From: a virus | Lineage: Duplodnaviria; Caudoviricetes | Virus record (IMG/VR): IMGVR_UViG_3300032212_000066 | Span: 1 to 38,993 of that record | Length of the DNA stretch: 38,993 nucleotides | Direction: 5' to 3' (one strand) | In this document: in pieces, positions 24,882 to 34,848 of the stretch | Layout: each line of letters begins with the position of its first letter | How positions within the stretch are numbered: position 1 is the stretch's first letter | Notes under the pieces: generated by a model | Database searches by the model: none | What the model saw: the letters and a program-made list of their open reading frames with translations, nothing else | What the model was told of the DNA's origin: nothing | Position numbers and translations under genes: made by a program

Positions 24882-26450
24882 ATGGCTGACGCGTCTCAGG
24901 CCCTGGCCAATCTCAACGGCTGGGCGCCGCCTGGGCCTGTGGCTGAGGCGTATCTGCATGACTGGAACCCGATCAATCTGATCATGGGGCCGGTCGCAGG
25001 TGGCAAGACGTGGACGAGTTGCATCAAGGCTCTGGAGGTTGCGCGTCTCCAGCATCCGAGCACAAAGGACGGGGTTCGTAAAGCTCGCGTTGTGGCGATC
25101 CGCCAGAATTACCGTCGCATGCATGACACGTTGATCCCGTCCTGGCAGAAGCTGTTTCCGCCAGATGTTCCGGCGCTGGGTGAGTGGTCCGGCAGCAAGG
25201 ACGGGCCGTGCACGCACATCATTCGCCTCAATGATCCGGTCTATGGCCGGATCGAGCTGCAAATGATGTTTCGCGCGTTTGGCGACAATGATCTCGACAG
25301 TTTCGTTCGCGGCTTCGAGCCGACCGCGGTTTACATCAATGAGAGTGATGAGTTGCCGGCGCACTGCCTGGGCCAGCTCTACAAGCGGTGTGGGCGCTTT
25401 CCTGGTCCAGAGGAGCGACCGGACGGAGTTAAGCCCGCCTGGTCGGGCGTCTTCGGCGACTTCAATGCGCCTGATGAGGATAGCTGGGTCTATGAGGATG
25501 TATTCCTCAATCCTCGCGCCGGCGTGACGTGTCGGGTCCAGCCGTCCGGATTGTCGGCGGCGGCTGAGAATGTCCACAATCTCGAGAAGATCCGGCCCGA
25601 TTATTACAAGTCGCTCGCCGCGCAGATGGAAAGCTGGGAAGTGCGGCGGATGATCGAGAACCGGGTCGGCTTCTCGCGCGTTGGCAAGCCGGTCTGGCCA
25701 TCCTATCGCGAGGAGGTGCACGTCGCAGAGGTTCGCGCTGATCGCAATGTGCCCCTCACAATCGGAATGGACAACGGGCTCAAGTTTGCCGCTGCGATTG
25801 GGCAGCTCGGCCAGGCCGGTGGGCTCAAGCTGCTCGGTGAAATGGCCTCTGCCGATGGTGAGGGCTGGACAGCCGAGCGCGCGGCCGAGGAGATCGCAAG
25901 CTATCTTTCGCGAGAGTTCGAGGCGTGGATCGATCCGGACTTGCTCGATTTCGTGGTGGATCCGGCGGCTCGCAACCGGATTGCCGCGCGTAGCGCGCAG
26001 GGCATGGATGATGAGGCGCTTAACTGGATTATCCTGTTCCAGCGCCGTATGACCGAATTGCTCGGGTTCTGCAGCATCCGACTGGCACCCACGAATGCGC
26101 TCGGCGCGCGCATTGGCGCCGTTGAGCAATATCTCGGTCGCTTTGATCGGGCGGGTGATCCTGGTCTGCAGATCCATCCGCGTTGCCAGCTTATTCGTCG
26201 GGCCATGTCCGGTGGCTATCGCATGGTGAAGCGCCAGGGCGCCAACGGTGAGTATCGAACCGAGCCGGACAAAAACCATGCCTCTCACATTGCCGATGCT
26301 GTGCAGTACGCCGCGCTCGGTGTCGGCGGCGCGACAGGGCTCGCCCGGTTGCCCAATGAGGCCAGTCGCGAGGATGCAATCGCGCGCGCCGGTGGGCGGC
26401 TCCGGCCCCGCTCCGGTCAGGCTGGCGCCAAGAACGCGATCCCTCTCTGA
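24882..26450 (+). CDS. terL: Terminase large subunit
   Basis: IMGPVAGGKT Walker A, YINESDE Walker B, DFNAP coupling motif, IGMD and SHIADAVQY nuclease motifs. Confidence 0.92.
   Translation: MADASQALANLNGWAPPGPVAEAYLHDWNPINLIMGPVAGGKTWTSCIKALEVARLQHPSTKDGVRKARVVAIRQNYRRMHDTLIPSWQKLFPPDVPALGEWSGSKDGPCTHIIRLNDPVYGRIELQMMFRAFGDNDLDSFVRGFEPTAVYINESDELPAHCLGQLYKRCGRFPGPEERPDGVKPAWSGVFGDFNAPDEDSWVYEDVFLNPRAGVTCRVQPSGLSAAAENVHNLEKIRPDYYKSLAAQMESWEVRRMIENRVGFSRVGKPVWPSYREEVHVAEVRADRNVPLTIGMDNGLKFAAAIGQLGQAGGLKLLGEMASADGEGWTAERAAEEIASYLSREFEAWIDPDLLDFVVDPAARNRIAARSAQGMDDEALNWIILFQRRMTELLGFCSIRLAPTNALGARIGAVEQYLGRFDRAGDPGLQIHPRCQLIRRAMSGGYRMVKRQGANGEYRTEPDKNHASHIADAVQYAALGVGGATGLARLPNEASREDAIARAGGRLRPRSGQAGAKNAIPL
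26396..26423 (+). promoter_or_regulatory. Putative late promoter within the terL 3' end
   Basis: GCGGCTCCGGCCCCGCT, 5 nt, CAGGCT; shares 26 bp with the copy at 23862. Confidence 0.6.
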
Positions 26451-26465
26451 TTGACGGAGCTCGAT

Positions 26466-26711
26466 GTGGGTAATCTTTTCAAGCCTGATTTGCCACCGCC
26501 GCCTGAGCCGGAGCTTGTGCCGCTGCCGAGCGATGGCAGGCGTGCGACTGACGCCGCGCGGCGCCGGCTTCGGCGCGGTGGGCGACAGTCCACGCTGTTG
26601 ATTGGTGGGCGCCAGGTGCAATCAACTACGGTTGCGCCGGCTGGTGGTGTTCAGGGGGGTACAACGACCGGTGGCCGGGTTGGCACGCTGTTGAGTGGGA
26701 TCCAGCCCTGA
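26466..26711 (+). CDS. Small Pro-rich virion-associated protein preceding portal
   Basis: GTG after GGAG; FKP..PPPP...GRQSTLL...TLL.G pattern typical at this locus. Confidence 0.7.
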   Translation: MGNLFKPDLPPPPEPELVPLPSDGRRATDAARRRLRRGGRQSTLLIGGRQVQSTTVAPAGGVQGGTTTGGRVGTLLSGIQP

Positions 26712-28333
26712 TGGCAACACACTCCATGGGATACGGCGCTTTTGAGCGTGCCGAGCGCCGCTGGGAGGAGCTCAAGGGCGTGCGCCTGCCGATGGAGGAA
26801 AGCTGGCGCGATGTGCGCGATTACGTCCTGCCTCGGACTGAATTCTCGCCGATCGAGCGCGGCGGCCCCCTGGCGCCTCGCAATATCGCAGATGCAACGG
26901 CTGTGATGGCCAATGGTCGCCTGGGGTCGGTTCTGCACGGGTATCTGTTCAGTCCGTTCTCGCCGTTTTTTCGGGCGCGGCTGGCCGATCGCGATCCCAA
27001 TTATGCGGAACGCAAGTGGCTCGAGCTGGTCGAGCGGCGTATGCACCGCTGGCTGACCGGAGCGCGGGCCAGCTTTCGCGTGCAGATGGCGCAAACAATG
27101 GTCAATGCTGGCGCGTTGGGGACGTCCGTTATCTGGACGTTGCAAGCGCGCAAGCGCATGCCGATCACGTCAACCTCGGCCTTGCTGGATACCTGGATCG
27201 ATGCGGATCCGGAGACCGGGCTCACCGACACGCTCTATCGTGTTTTTTCATTGAAGGCCTGGCGGGCCGCCGAGCGCTATGGGTCCGAGGCCCTGATCAA
27301 GATTGCGACCAAGGAGCCGGATCGAAACATTCGCTTCCTGCATACCGTCGAGCCTAACCCGGACGGGGCGGTCGGAGCGCGTGGTCCGGGCAAGCCCTGG
27401 ATCGAGCGGGTGATTGATCTCGAGAGTAAAGAGATCGCCGAGACGAATGGTTATGATGACTTTCCCGCGGCCACCTTGCGGTTCGAGCGCCAGGAGGGAA
27501 GCCCCTACGGGCACGCGCCGGGGATCCAGGTTCTGCCCTGGGCCAAGATGCTCAATGCCCGCGAGGATACGAATTATCGGCAGGAGGAGCTGGCCGGCGA
27601 GCCGCCTCTGCTCGATATGACGGGAGGCATGCTCGACCAGATGGACCGCCGACCGGGCGGGATTACGCCGGTCGACCCGAACAAGGCGGGCCTGTGGGGC
27701 CGCGATCCGCTGCAGGCGATCTATCCGCCCAGCGACTTGCGTGGCAATTACGAGCGCGTGCGGGACCTTCGTGCCCTGATCAAGGAGATGTTCTACATCG
27801 ACTGGATCTCGCCGCGCGAGCACGGCACGCAAACGGCGACCGAGGTCAACGACCGGCGCGACCTGCGCATGAGGGCGATGGCGTCGACGGTTTCAGGCAT
27901 GGAACACGACTTCCAGCAAATCGCAGATCGCTACTATCAGATCCTCGAGCGTGCCGGCGAGATCCCGCCGCCGCCTGCCAGCCTGCACGAGCAGGATCTG
28001 GTATTCGACTTTGTGTCGCCGCTCGCTGAGGCCCAGCGCCGGAGCGAAGTGGAGACATTAATGGGCGGGCTCGAGCTGGTTGCCCAGGCGGCCGGCTTCG
28101 ATCCGATGGCGGCGCGCGCGGTCGATATTGTCGGCGTCACGCGTGAGGCCTGGCGCAAGATCGGGGCCGGTGAAAAGCATTTGCGGCCAGACAGTCAAAT
28201 GGCGGCTGAGCGTGAGGCCGAGCAGCAACGCGCCGAGATGGCAGACGACGCGGCGATCGCGAAGGATGGCGCGGCCGCCATTCGGGACGCTGCGCAGGGT
28301 GCGGCGAGCCTGTCCTCGGCCGGCATGGTTTGA
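26711..28333 (+). CDS. Portal (head-tail connector) protein
   Basis: W......YVLP, PYG..PG, TATEV..R and FVSPLA.AQR motifs of T7/BPP-1-type portals. Confidence 0.92.
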   Translation: MATHSMGYGAFERAERRWEELKGVRLPMEESWRDVRDYVLPRTEFSPIERGGPLAPRNIADATAVMANGRLGSVLHGYLFSPFSPFFRARLADRDPNYAERKWLELVERRMHRWLTGARASFRVQMAQTMVNAGALGTSVIWTLQARKRMPITSTSALLDTWIDADPETGLTDTLYRVFSLKAWRAAERYGSEALIKIATKEPDRNIRFLHTVEPNPDGAVGARGPGKPWIERVIDLESKEIAETNGYDDFPAATLRFERQEGSPYGHAPGIQVLPWAKMLNAREDTNYRQEELAGEPPLLDMTGGMLDQMDRRPGGITPVDPNKAGLWGRDPLQAIYPPSDLRGNYERVRDLRALIKEMFYIDWISPREHGTQTATEVNDRRDLRMRAMASTVSGMEHDFQQIADRYYQILERAGEIPPPPASLHEQDLVFDFVSPLAEAQRRSEVETLMGGLELVAQAAGFDPMAARAVDIVGVTREAWRKIGAGEKHLRPDSQMAAEREAEQQRAEMADDAAIAKDGAAAIRDAAQGAASLSSAGMV

Positions 28334-28335
28334 TC

Positions 28336-28776
28336 ATGGATCGTCCGCGGCAAGTGATCGATGGCTTCATGGCGCGCTTTGCGCGGCGCTGGAAACTGCG
28401 CGGAGATCTGTCCGGCGAGTTCGAGAGCGACCAGGCGCGTCAGCGCGCGTATGAGCGCACGTTTTTCGCCGATCGCGAGAGCGCGCTTGTCCTGGCCGAT
28501 ATCCTGCGCCGGGAAGGTCTGGCCTCGAATACCTTCGTGTTCGGGCCGGATGGCCGCGCGGATCTGACTGCCGCGGCTTACCGTGACGGCCGCCGTGCGA
28601 CGGCTCTGGAAATTCTCAAAATTGCGGGCTCGGATCCTGATGCTCTGGCCCGCGCGCTTGTGTTCGATGACCTCAAGGAGACGCGTGATGACCGAACAAT
28701 TGACCCCGCCGACCGAGACCCCGCCGACCGAGACCCCGCCGACCGGGACCCCGCCGACCGGGACCCCGCCGGTTGA
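28336..28776 (+). CDS. Bbp19-like protein
   Basis: Y..TF......VLADI...AYRDGRR...L.I pattern; follows the portal. Confidence 0.7.
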   Translation: MDRPRQVIDGFMARFARRWKLRGDLSGEFESDQARQRAYERTFFADRESALVLADILRREGLASNTFVFGPDGRADLTAAAYRDGRRATALEILKIAGSDPDALARALVFDDLKETRDDRTIDPADRDPADRDPADRDPADRDPAG

Positions 28777-29608
28777 CAATGGCCCGTCCTGGGCGAAGGA
28801 CGCCGAGATTTCGGCTTTCATGGAGCGCAATGGCTTCGGTGACGATCTCGAGAAGGCGCTCAAATCCGCCGTATCGATGGAAAAGAAGATCGGTGTTCCT
28901 CCGGAGCGCCTGGTCACTTTGCCGGAGCAGGGGCCCGATGCCGATCCGGAGGGCTGGAAAAATGTCATGGCGCGCATGGGCGTGCCGGATGCGGCCGATG
29001 ATTATGCCTTTTCAGCCGTCGCGATGGGCGAGGATGAAGGTGCGGCGCAGATCGAGATCTCGGACGATCAGGCCAAGCTGTTGCGTGAAGGCGCTCACGC
29101 GCTCGGTTTGACGCCTGCACAGGCACAGGGCGTGATCGAGAAGATGTATGCGCCGCTTTACGCCCAATCACTCGAGGCCAGTGCGCGCCAGGCCAGCGAG
29201 GCTGATCAAAAAGCGGCGGCGGCCACTGACGCGCTCAAGCGTGATTGGGGCGCAGCGTTCGACGAAAAGGTCGCGGCGGCTGATCAGGAGCTTGACCAGA
29301 TGGCGCAGGATTTTGACCTGGGCGACGGTTTCCGCGAGGCGCTCGAGCGGACGGGGTTTCATAATGAAGCCTGGTTTGTTCGTCTTCTGTCAGAGCGGTC
29401 TGAGGCGCGCCAAGAGCCCCGCGAATTACCCGGTGCGCGGGGCAATCGGCAATCGGCTGGCAAGCTGACGCCGGCAGAAATGCGGCATGATTTGAATGTC
29501 TTTGACGCCAAGCATGCCGAAGCTCTCGAGCAGGGTTCGCACCCGGACCACAAGTGGGCTGTCGCAGAGCGATTGAAGATCATTGGGTCGGGTGTTGCCA
29601 AGCGCTAG
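28688..29608 (+). CDS. Capsid scaffolding protein
   Basis: Acidic helical protein with GVPD..DDY, GLT.AQAQ, LK.DWG..FD and HPDH motifs; precedes the major capsid protein. Confidence 0.8.
   Translation: MTEQLTPPTETPPTETPPTGTPPTGTPPVDNGPSWAKDAEISAFMERNGFGDDLEKALKSAVSMEKKIGVPPERLVTLPEQGPDADPEGWKNVMARMGVPDAADDYAFSAVAMGEDEGAAQIEISDDQAKLLREGAHALGLTPAQAQGVIEKMYAPLYAQSLEASARQASEADQKAAAATDALKRDWGAAFDEKVAAADQELDQMAQDFDLGDGFREALERTGFHNEAWFVRLLSERSEARQEPRELPGARGNRQSAGKLTPAEMRHDLNVFDAKHAEALEQGSHPDHKWAVAERLKIIGSGVAKR
28702..28771 (+). repeat. 15-bp tandem repeat (4.7 copies) in a gene overlap
   Basis: GACCCCGCCGACCGR units at 28702, 28717, 28732, 28747 and partial 28762; reads DPADR in one frame and TPPTE/G in the other. 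Confidence 0.92.
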
Positions 29609-29636
29609 GCGGCTCCGGCCCCGCTGGCGCTAGCGT
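29609..29636 (+). promoter_or_regulatory. Putative late promoter before the major capsid gene
   Basis: GCGGCTCCGGCCCCGCT, 5 nt, TAGCGT. Confidence 0.65.
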
Positions 29637-29797
29637 TCTAGGCCTCAAGCGGCGCGTGCCGGGGAGTTCGGGTTGATCCGGGTCCGGCAATACGCGCCGC
29701 CGGCCGGGGCGGCCGATAATCGTCCAAGGCGCGGGTCCGGATATGCCGGGGAGTCCAGCCGCTTGGTTTGATCAATCGGGCGGAATGGAGAAGCCCC

Positions 29798-30706
29798 ATG
29801 TCAATTGCAACACTGGAAGATACCTACCGGATCGCGTTCGAGAGCAATCTGCGGATTGACTCGACGCAAAAGGCAAGCCGCCTGTCGATGTGTGTGGATG
29901 CCGAGTTCAATTACTCGGAGAAGGGCGACCGTTTCACCTTCGATTATGTCGGTGGGTCGGACCCGGAGGAAATGACGGATCGCTTCGGTGATCTGCCCGA
30001 AGGCGATATCGATGAGCGCCGCCGGGTGGGTTACTTCAAGCCCTATGATGATGGCAAGCGGCTCGGCGCCAGTTATGACGAGGCGCGCCAGGTGGCGGAT
30101 CCCGCCAACAAGAAAGTCCTGTCCATGAAGCAAGGTCTGGCGCGCTTGCATGATGACCGGATCCTGGCTGCCATGCTGGGGACCGCATATACCGGGCGTG
30201 ATGGCACCTCGAGCATTGCGCTGCCTTCGGCGCAGAAAATTGCCGTCGACAGCCACAAATACAATTCCGCTGGTTCGGGCAATGCGCCGCTGTCGGTCTC
30301 GAAAGTGTACGAGGCCAAGGTTGCTTTTGACCAGGCCGAGGTTGAAGGCGAGCGCTGGATGATCGCCGAGAGCGATCAGATCGCCTGGCTGTTGCAGGAC
30401 GAGAAGCTTTCGAGCGCGGACTACAACACGGTCAAGGCCCTGGTGAAGGGTGAAATTGACGAGTGGGCCGGCTTCAAGTGGCAGCGCTTCGAGCGCATGG
30501 GCACCTATTCCGGTGGCACGCATCGCCGCGCTGCGGCGGTGTGCAAGGATGCCGTCCAGTACCGTTCCCGCGTCCTGTATGCGCCGGACGCCTGGCTCCG
30601 CAAGGACAAGAAACCGCACTGGTACGGGTATTACCAGGTCGACACGGCGGGCTGTCGTGGCGAGGACGTGGGCGTTCTGGAGATCGCCTGCGCGGCGATC
30701 ACCTGA
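29798..30706 (+). CDS. Major capsid protein
   Basis: Q..SRL, R..DD.I..A..G, SADYNTVKALV.GEI..W.GF.W motifs; RBS GGAG; follows scaffold. Confidence 0.9.
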   Translation: MSIATLEDTYRIAFESNLRIDSTQKASRLSMCVDAEFNYSEKGDRFTFDYVGGSDPEEMTDRFGDLPEGDIDERRRVGYFKPYDDGKRLGASYDEARQVADPANKKVLSMKQGLARLHDDRILAAMLGTAYTGRDGTSSIALPSAQKIAVDSHKYNSAGSGNAPLSVSKVYEAKVAFDQAEVEGERWMIAESDQIAWLLQDEKLSSADYNTVKALVKGEIDEWAGFKWQRFERMGTYSGGTHRRAAAVCKDAVQYRSRVLYAPDAWLRKDKKPHWYGYYQVDTAGCRGEDVGVLEIACAAIT

Positions 30707-30711
30707 TTGCT

Positions 30712-30744
30712 GGCGGGCCTGCTCCTCGAGCTGGCCCGCTTTCA
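30712..30744 (+). terminator. Possible hairpin/weak terminator after the capsid gene
   Basis: GCGGGCC...GGCCCGC stem followed by TTT. Confidence 0.45.
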
Positions 30745-30774
30745 GTCTCAATCTGAGTTGAAGAGGAACATATC

Positions 30775-31233
30775 ATGGCTGATCGTGAGGCCACCGAATA
30801 CGCCAAGTATGGCGCCACCCCGCCGACACTGGGCGATCATCGCAAAGTGAACGGTGACGTGCATGTGCTGATCGACAAGGTTGTCGCGGCCGCAAGTGAT
30901 GCCGTCGATGACAAACTCTATGCGTTCAAACTGCGCTCGAATGCGATCATCCTGCCGAGCTCGACGGTTTACCACGAGGCGGCCGGCACCTCCGTTACGG
31001 TGAATATCGGTGACGATAATGATCCGGACGGGATTGCGAGCCTGGTTGATGTGGCTTCGGCCGGCAGCTTCTCCGTTCTCGAGGCGGTCGCCGTTGACGA
31101 CTATGGCAAGGAGCTGTGGGAGCTCCTCGGCTATAGCGAGGATCCCAAGGCGCTGATCGACGTCTATTACACGATCAAGGGCGCGTCGACTGGCGCGGAG
31201 ACCTCCTTCGTTCACGAGATCTATTTCGTCTAA
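30775..31233 (+). CDS. Capsid cement/decoration protein (Bbp16-like)
   Basis: Beta-rich 152 aa directly after the capsid gene; RBS GAGG. Confidence 0.65.
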   Translation: MADREATEYAKYGATPPTLGDHRKVNGDVHVLIDKVVAAASDAVDDKLYAFKLRSNAIILPSSTVYHEAAGTSVTVNIGDDNDPDGIASLVDVASAGSFSVLEAVAVDDYGKELWELLGYSEDPKALIDVYYTIKGASTGAETSFVHEIYFV

Positions 31234-31350
31234 GGGTGGCGCGCGCGTCCCCGGGTTCGCTCGGGTGCGCCGCCCAAAGCCCGGGGTGGGCGTTGTTCAA
31301 GGCTCCGCCCGCCCCGGTAGCTTTCTCGGGCCTTGATCAAGCGAGGTGTC

Positions 31351-31974
31351 ATGTCGTCCTACGATCTCACTGTCGTCAACATGGCTCTCGCGACACTTCA
31401 AAAAGCGCCGGCGGATAGCCTGGAAAACCCGACAAGCTCGTATGAGCGTTGGGCTGTTTTGTTGTTTGACGAGGCGCGCGAGGCGGCCCTGGTCGCCTGG
31501 TGGTTCCCGGAGGTGCGTGCGCGCAAGCTGCTCGAGGCCAGTGCGCGCGAGGCTGATGCGCTGGAGTTCGGTCAAGGCAAGCGCTACCGCGTGCCGGAAG
31601 ACTGTTTGAAGGTCCACCGGGTTGGCAAAACGCAAACGGGTGGCTGGACGCGTGAGGGTGATTTCATCATCACGGAGGCGACGGCCGCGATCCAGGTGCA
31701 TTACTATCGCAATATACCGTCCGAGGATTGCGGCCCGCTCCTGCGTCGTTTGATTGCGGCGCAGTTGGCCGTGGATATCGCTCGAGCTGTTTCGGATAGC
31801 GGCGCCGCGATGGATCGGGCCCAGCGGAGCTATGACCGGGCCTGGGCAGCTGCCGCTGGCGCTGCTGGCGAGCAAGCCGGTTTTGAAAACCAGCGCGATA
31901 TCGGGTCCGAGGAAATGGCGCGGGCAGGTGTTGGTTATGGTCGCTTTAGCGCCGTTGACAGGTCGCGGGGGTAG
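31351..31974 (+). CDS. Tail adaptor (tubular protein A-like)
   Basis: VNMAL..L, YRVPEDCL and LAVDIA motifs; RBS GAGGTG. Confidence 0.75.
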   Translation: MSSYDLTVVNMALATLQKAPADSLENPTSSYERWAVLLFDEAREAALVAWWFPEVRARKLLEASAREADALEFGQGKRYRVPEDCLKVHRVGKTQTGGWTREGDFIITEATAAIQVHYYRNIPSEDCGPLLRRLIAAQLAVDIARAVSDSGAAMDRAQRSYDRAWAAAAGAAGEQAGFENQRDIGSEEMARAGVGYGRFSAVDRSRG

Positions 31975-31976
31975 GC

Positions 31977-34457
31977 ATGACCCAGATCCGCGGTGATCAG
32001 CCCAGCCTCTCGGCCGGCGAATTGTCCGACGATCTTCGCGGACGTGGAGATCTGGCGGCCTATCGTGAGGGCGCGAAGACGCTCGATAATCTGTGGCCGC
32101 GGATCCAGGGCGGCGCGGAAAAGCGCGCCGGTACGCGTGACAGGGGCGCCGTGCCCGACGCATCGAAGCTGTACCGATTGATCACTTTCGCGCGGGGCCG
32201 GGATGATCGCTATATTCTGCAGCTCGGCCCCAACACGCTCAAAATCATCGATCCGGACACCGGGGCATATCTGCAGGCGTCGAGCGTGGATATCGAGCTC
32301 ACAACGCCCTGGGATGCCGATGCGGTGGCCGGGCTGAACTGGGTCCAGTCGGTCGATGTGGTCTATTTCGCCAGCGATGACAGTTCGATTTCGACGCGGA
32401 TCCTGCAGCGGTTTGCGATCGATGACTGGCGCCTGGTCGAGTTCGATCTGACTGACGGCCCATATCTGCCGCTCAATGGGTCCTCAATCACGATTACGCC
32501 GAGCGCGACCGTTGGCGTGGGGATCACATTGTCGGCCAGCGCGGCACTGTTCGAGGCTGGTCATGTGGGGGCTCTGTTCCGGCTCGAGACGGCGCAGTCC
32601 TCTCTTGCGGTGCAGGCCTGGGCGCCTGGCGAAGATGTTGACCCTCTCGATATCATCCAGAATGACGGGCGCGTCTATCAGGCCAATGGTCTCGGATCCA
32701 CAACGCCGGCCGGCCGAGCCGAGCCGATCCATGATGAAGGGATCGCGTCGGATGGCGCCGTTGACTGGGAATATATGCACGATGGGCAAGGTGTCGCCGA
32801 GATCACCGCTGTCGGCAGCTCGACCTCGGCAACCGCTACGGTGTTGCAGGAATTGCCTTCCACCGCTGCCACAAAATATTGGCGCGAGGGCGCGTTCTCC
32901 GGCGTCGCCGGCTGGCCGGCTGTTTGTGCGCTTCACCAGGAGCGGATCTGGTTTTTCAATACGCCCGTTCAACGCGATACAGGCCATGCGAGCCGCTCGT
33001 CGGGCTACTCCGCGACAGGCGCGGATTTCAAGCCGACCACAAAATTCGGCCTGGTGTCGGCTGACGACGCGGTGCAGGCGACTTTCGCGGACAGCGAGGT
33101 CAATGCGATTGTGTGGGCGTTGTCGGCCGATCGTCTCTATGTGGCGAGTGAGGCCGGGATCAAGCAGATTACAGGCCCGTCCGATCGCGAGCCGATCAGC
33201 CCCGGTGGGCGGCTTGCCGATGAGGTCGCCACGACAGGCGCTCGCAAAAGGGTGCGTCCGGTGAAAACCCATGACGCAATCCTGTATCCAAGCGCTGATG
33301 GCGGTGAGCTTCACGAGCTTGTTTTGAATAGTGTCGGCACCCGGGACCTGACTGTCAGGGCGCGCCATGTTGCCGCCTCCTCGATCGCCGAGCTTGCCTT
33401 GTTGAGATACCCGGACAAGCGCGTTTTCCTGCGCCGGGATGATGGCTCGCTCTATGTCCTGCTCTACGAGCGTGGCGAGAATGTCGCAGCATTTGCGCCC
33501 TGCGAGCTTGGTGGCGCTTTCGATGGCGGTGCTCCGATCGTCGAGAGCCTGGCGGTGGTGCCGCAAGCCGATGGCCCTGATGCGCTGTGGATGATCGTGA
33601 AGCGCACGGTGAACGGTGCGACCGTGCGCCGCCGCGAGAGCCTGGAGCGCATCTGGATCCGCGATGAGGCGCTTGTTGAGGCCCAGCACTATTCCGACAG
33701 CTGTGTGATTGTTGATCGCTGGAACGCGGATCCGGCGAAGACGGTCAGTGTCAGTCTCGATGAGCCCGGCGCCGATCGGCCAGGCGATAGCGTGACGGTG
33801 ACGTCAACGGGCCATTCGCTTAACGCGGATGATGAATTGTGGATCCGCAAGACGAGCCTTCCTGCCCGGGCCAGTGATGAGCCCGGTCCGATGCGGATCC
33901 TGATGACGGGCGCGACGGCGGGGACGCTGTTATCGAGCGCCCCGGGCGGCCTGCTTGATGCGACGCTGGATGAATGGGCGCTCGCTGACGCTGATGTTGC
34001 CGGCCTGTCCCATTTGGAGGGCGAAGACGTGGCGGTCCTGGCGGACGGGTTCCCGGTCTCCGGGCTTGCGGTTTCCAGCGGCGCGATCACGCTGCCGGAT
34101 CCAGCCGCCTACATTGTTGTTGGTCTGCCCTATCAGGCGCGCCTGGTGTCATTGCCGATCGAGCCTGGCTCGCGCCTTGGATCCTCGCGCGGCGTGCGCA
34201 AGATGGCCGAGCAATTCGTCATGGTGCTCAAGGACACAATTGGCGGCGTGTTCGGTCAACGCGGCAAAACGCTCGACCCGATCGCAACGCGCGTGTCGGC
34301 TGATGCGCTCGGCCGCGCGCCGGGGCCACGCACGGAGACGGTTTCGAGAAGCGTCGACAGTAGTTACGAGGTCGAGCTCGAATTCGAGTTTCTGCACGAG
34401 CTCCCTACCGCGTGTACGGTTCTGAGCATTGGCGTGAAGGCGGATCTCCATGAGTAG
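31977..34457 (+). CDS. Tail nozzle (tubular protein B-like)
   Basis: GELS...GR.DL..Y, GGA.KR.GT, Q..DV, GWP.....Q.R and LSHLEGE.V...ADG...VGLPY motifs. Confidence 0.85.
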   Translation: MTQIRGDQPSLSAGELSDDLRGRGDLAAYREGAKTLDNLWPRIQGGAEKRAGTRDRGAVPDASKLYRLITFARGRDDRYILQLGPNTLKIIDPDTGAYLQASSVDIELTTPWDADAVAGLNWVQSVDVVYFASDDSSISTRILQRFAIDDWRLVEFDLTDGPYLPLNGSSITITPSATVGVGITLSASAALFEAGHVGALFRLETAQSSLAVQAWAPGEDVDPLDIIQNDGRVYQANGLGSTTPAGRAEPIHDEGIASDGAVDWEYMHDGQGVAEITAVGSSTSATATVLQELPSTAATKYWREGAFSGVAGWPAVCALHQERIWFFNTPVQRDTGHASRSSGYSATGADFKPTTKFGLVSADDAVQATFADSEVNAIVWALSADRLYVASEAGIKQITGPSDREPISPGGRLADEVATTGARKRVRPVKTHDAILYPSADGGELHELVLNSVGTRDLTVRARHVAASSIAELALLRYPDKRVFLRRDDGSLYVLLYERGENVAAFAPCELGGAFDGGAPIVESLAVVPQADGPDALWMIVKRTVNGATVRRRESLERIWIRDEALVEAQHYSDSCVIVDRWNADPAKTVSVSLDEPGADRPGDSVTVTSTGHSLNADDELWIRKTSLPARASDEPGPMRILMTGATAGTLLSSAPGGLLDATLDEWALADADVAGLSHLEGEDVAVLADGFPVSGLAVSSGAITLPDPAAYIVVGLPYQARLVSLPIEPGSRLGSSRGVRKMAEQFVMVLKDTIGGVFGQRGKTLDPIATRVSADALGRAPGPRTETVSRSVDSSYEVELEFEFLHELPTACTVLSIGVKADLHE

Positions 34458-34848
34458 GCTGCGCCCATACCGCGCCGGTGATGCCTGGCTCGTTTCGTTG
34501 CGAGCGGAGCAGGCGGGAGACCGGATGAGCTTCTACGACACGGCCGAGGGGCCGGCGATGACGTTTGAGCGTGACGGCGCAGTCATTGCCTGTGCTGGCC
34601 TGGCGCGTGTGTGGGAGGGGCGCTTTCTCGCATGGGCCCTGTTCTCTGATCTCCAGCCTCGCGATTGGGTCGAGGTTCGCCGGGCCATGCAGCCGGTAAT
34701 CAAGGCCCAACGCGGCCGAATTGAAGCCACGGCCGCCTTTCCTGCGGCCGAGCGCTTTCTGGTCGGCCTTGGTTTTGAAAGGGAGGGGATCATGCGGTCC
34801 TACCATAACGGCCGAGATCACGCGCTTTACGCGCAGGTGAACCCATGA
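34450..34848 (+). CDS. GNAT-like virion assembly protein (T7 gp13-like position)
   Basis: AERFL..LGFEREG.MR.Y...D...YA motif; follows the nozzle. Confidence 0.7.
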   Translation: MSRLRPYRAGDAWLVSLRAEQAGDRMSFYDTAEGPAMTFERDGAVIACAGLARVWEGRFLAWALFSDLQPRDWVEVRRAMQPVIKAQRGRIEATAAFPAAERFLVGLGFEREGIMRSYHNGRDHALYAQVNP

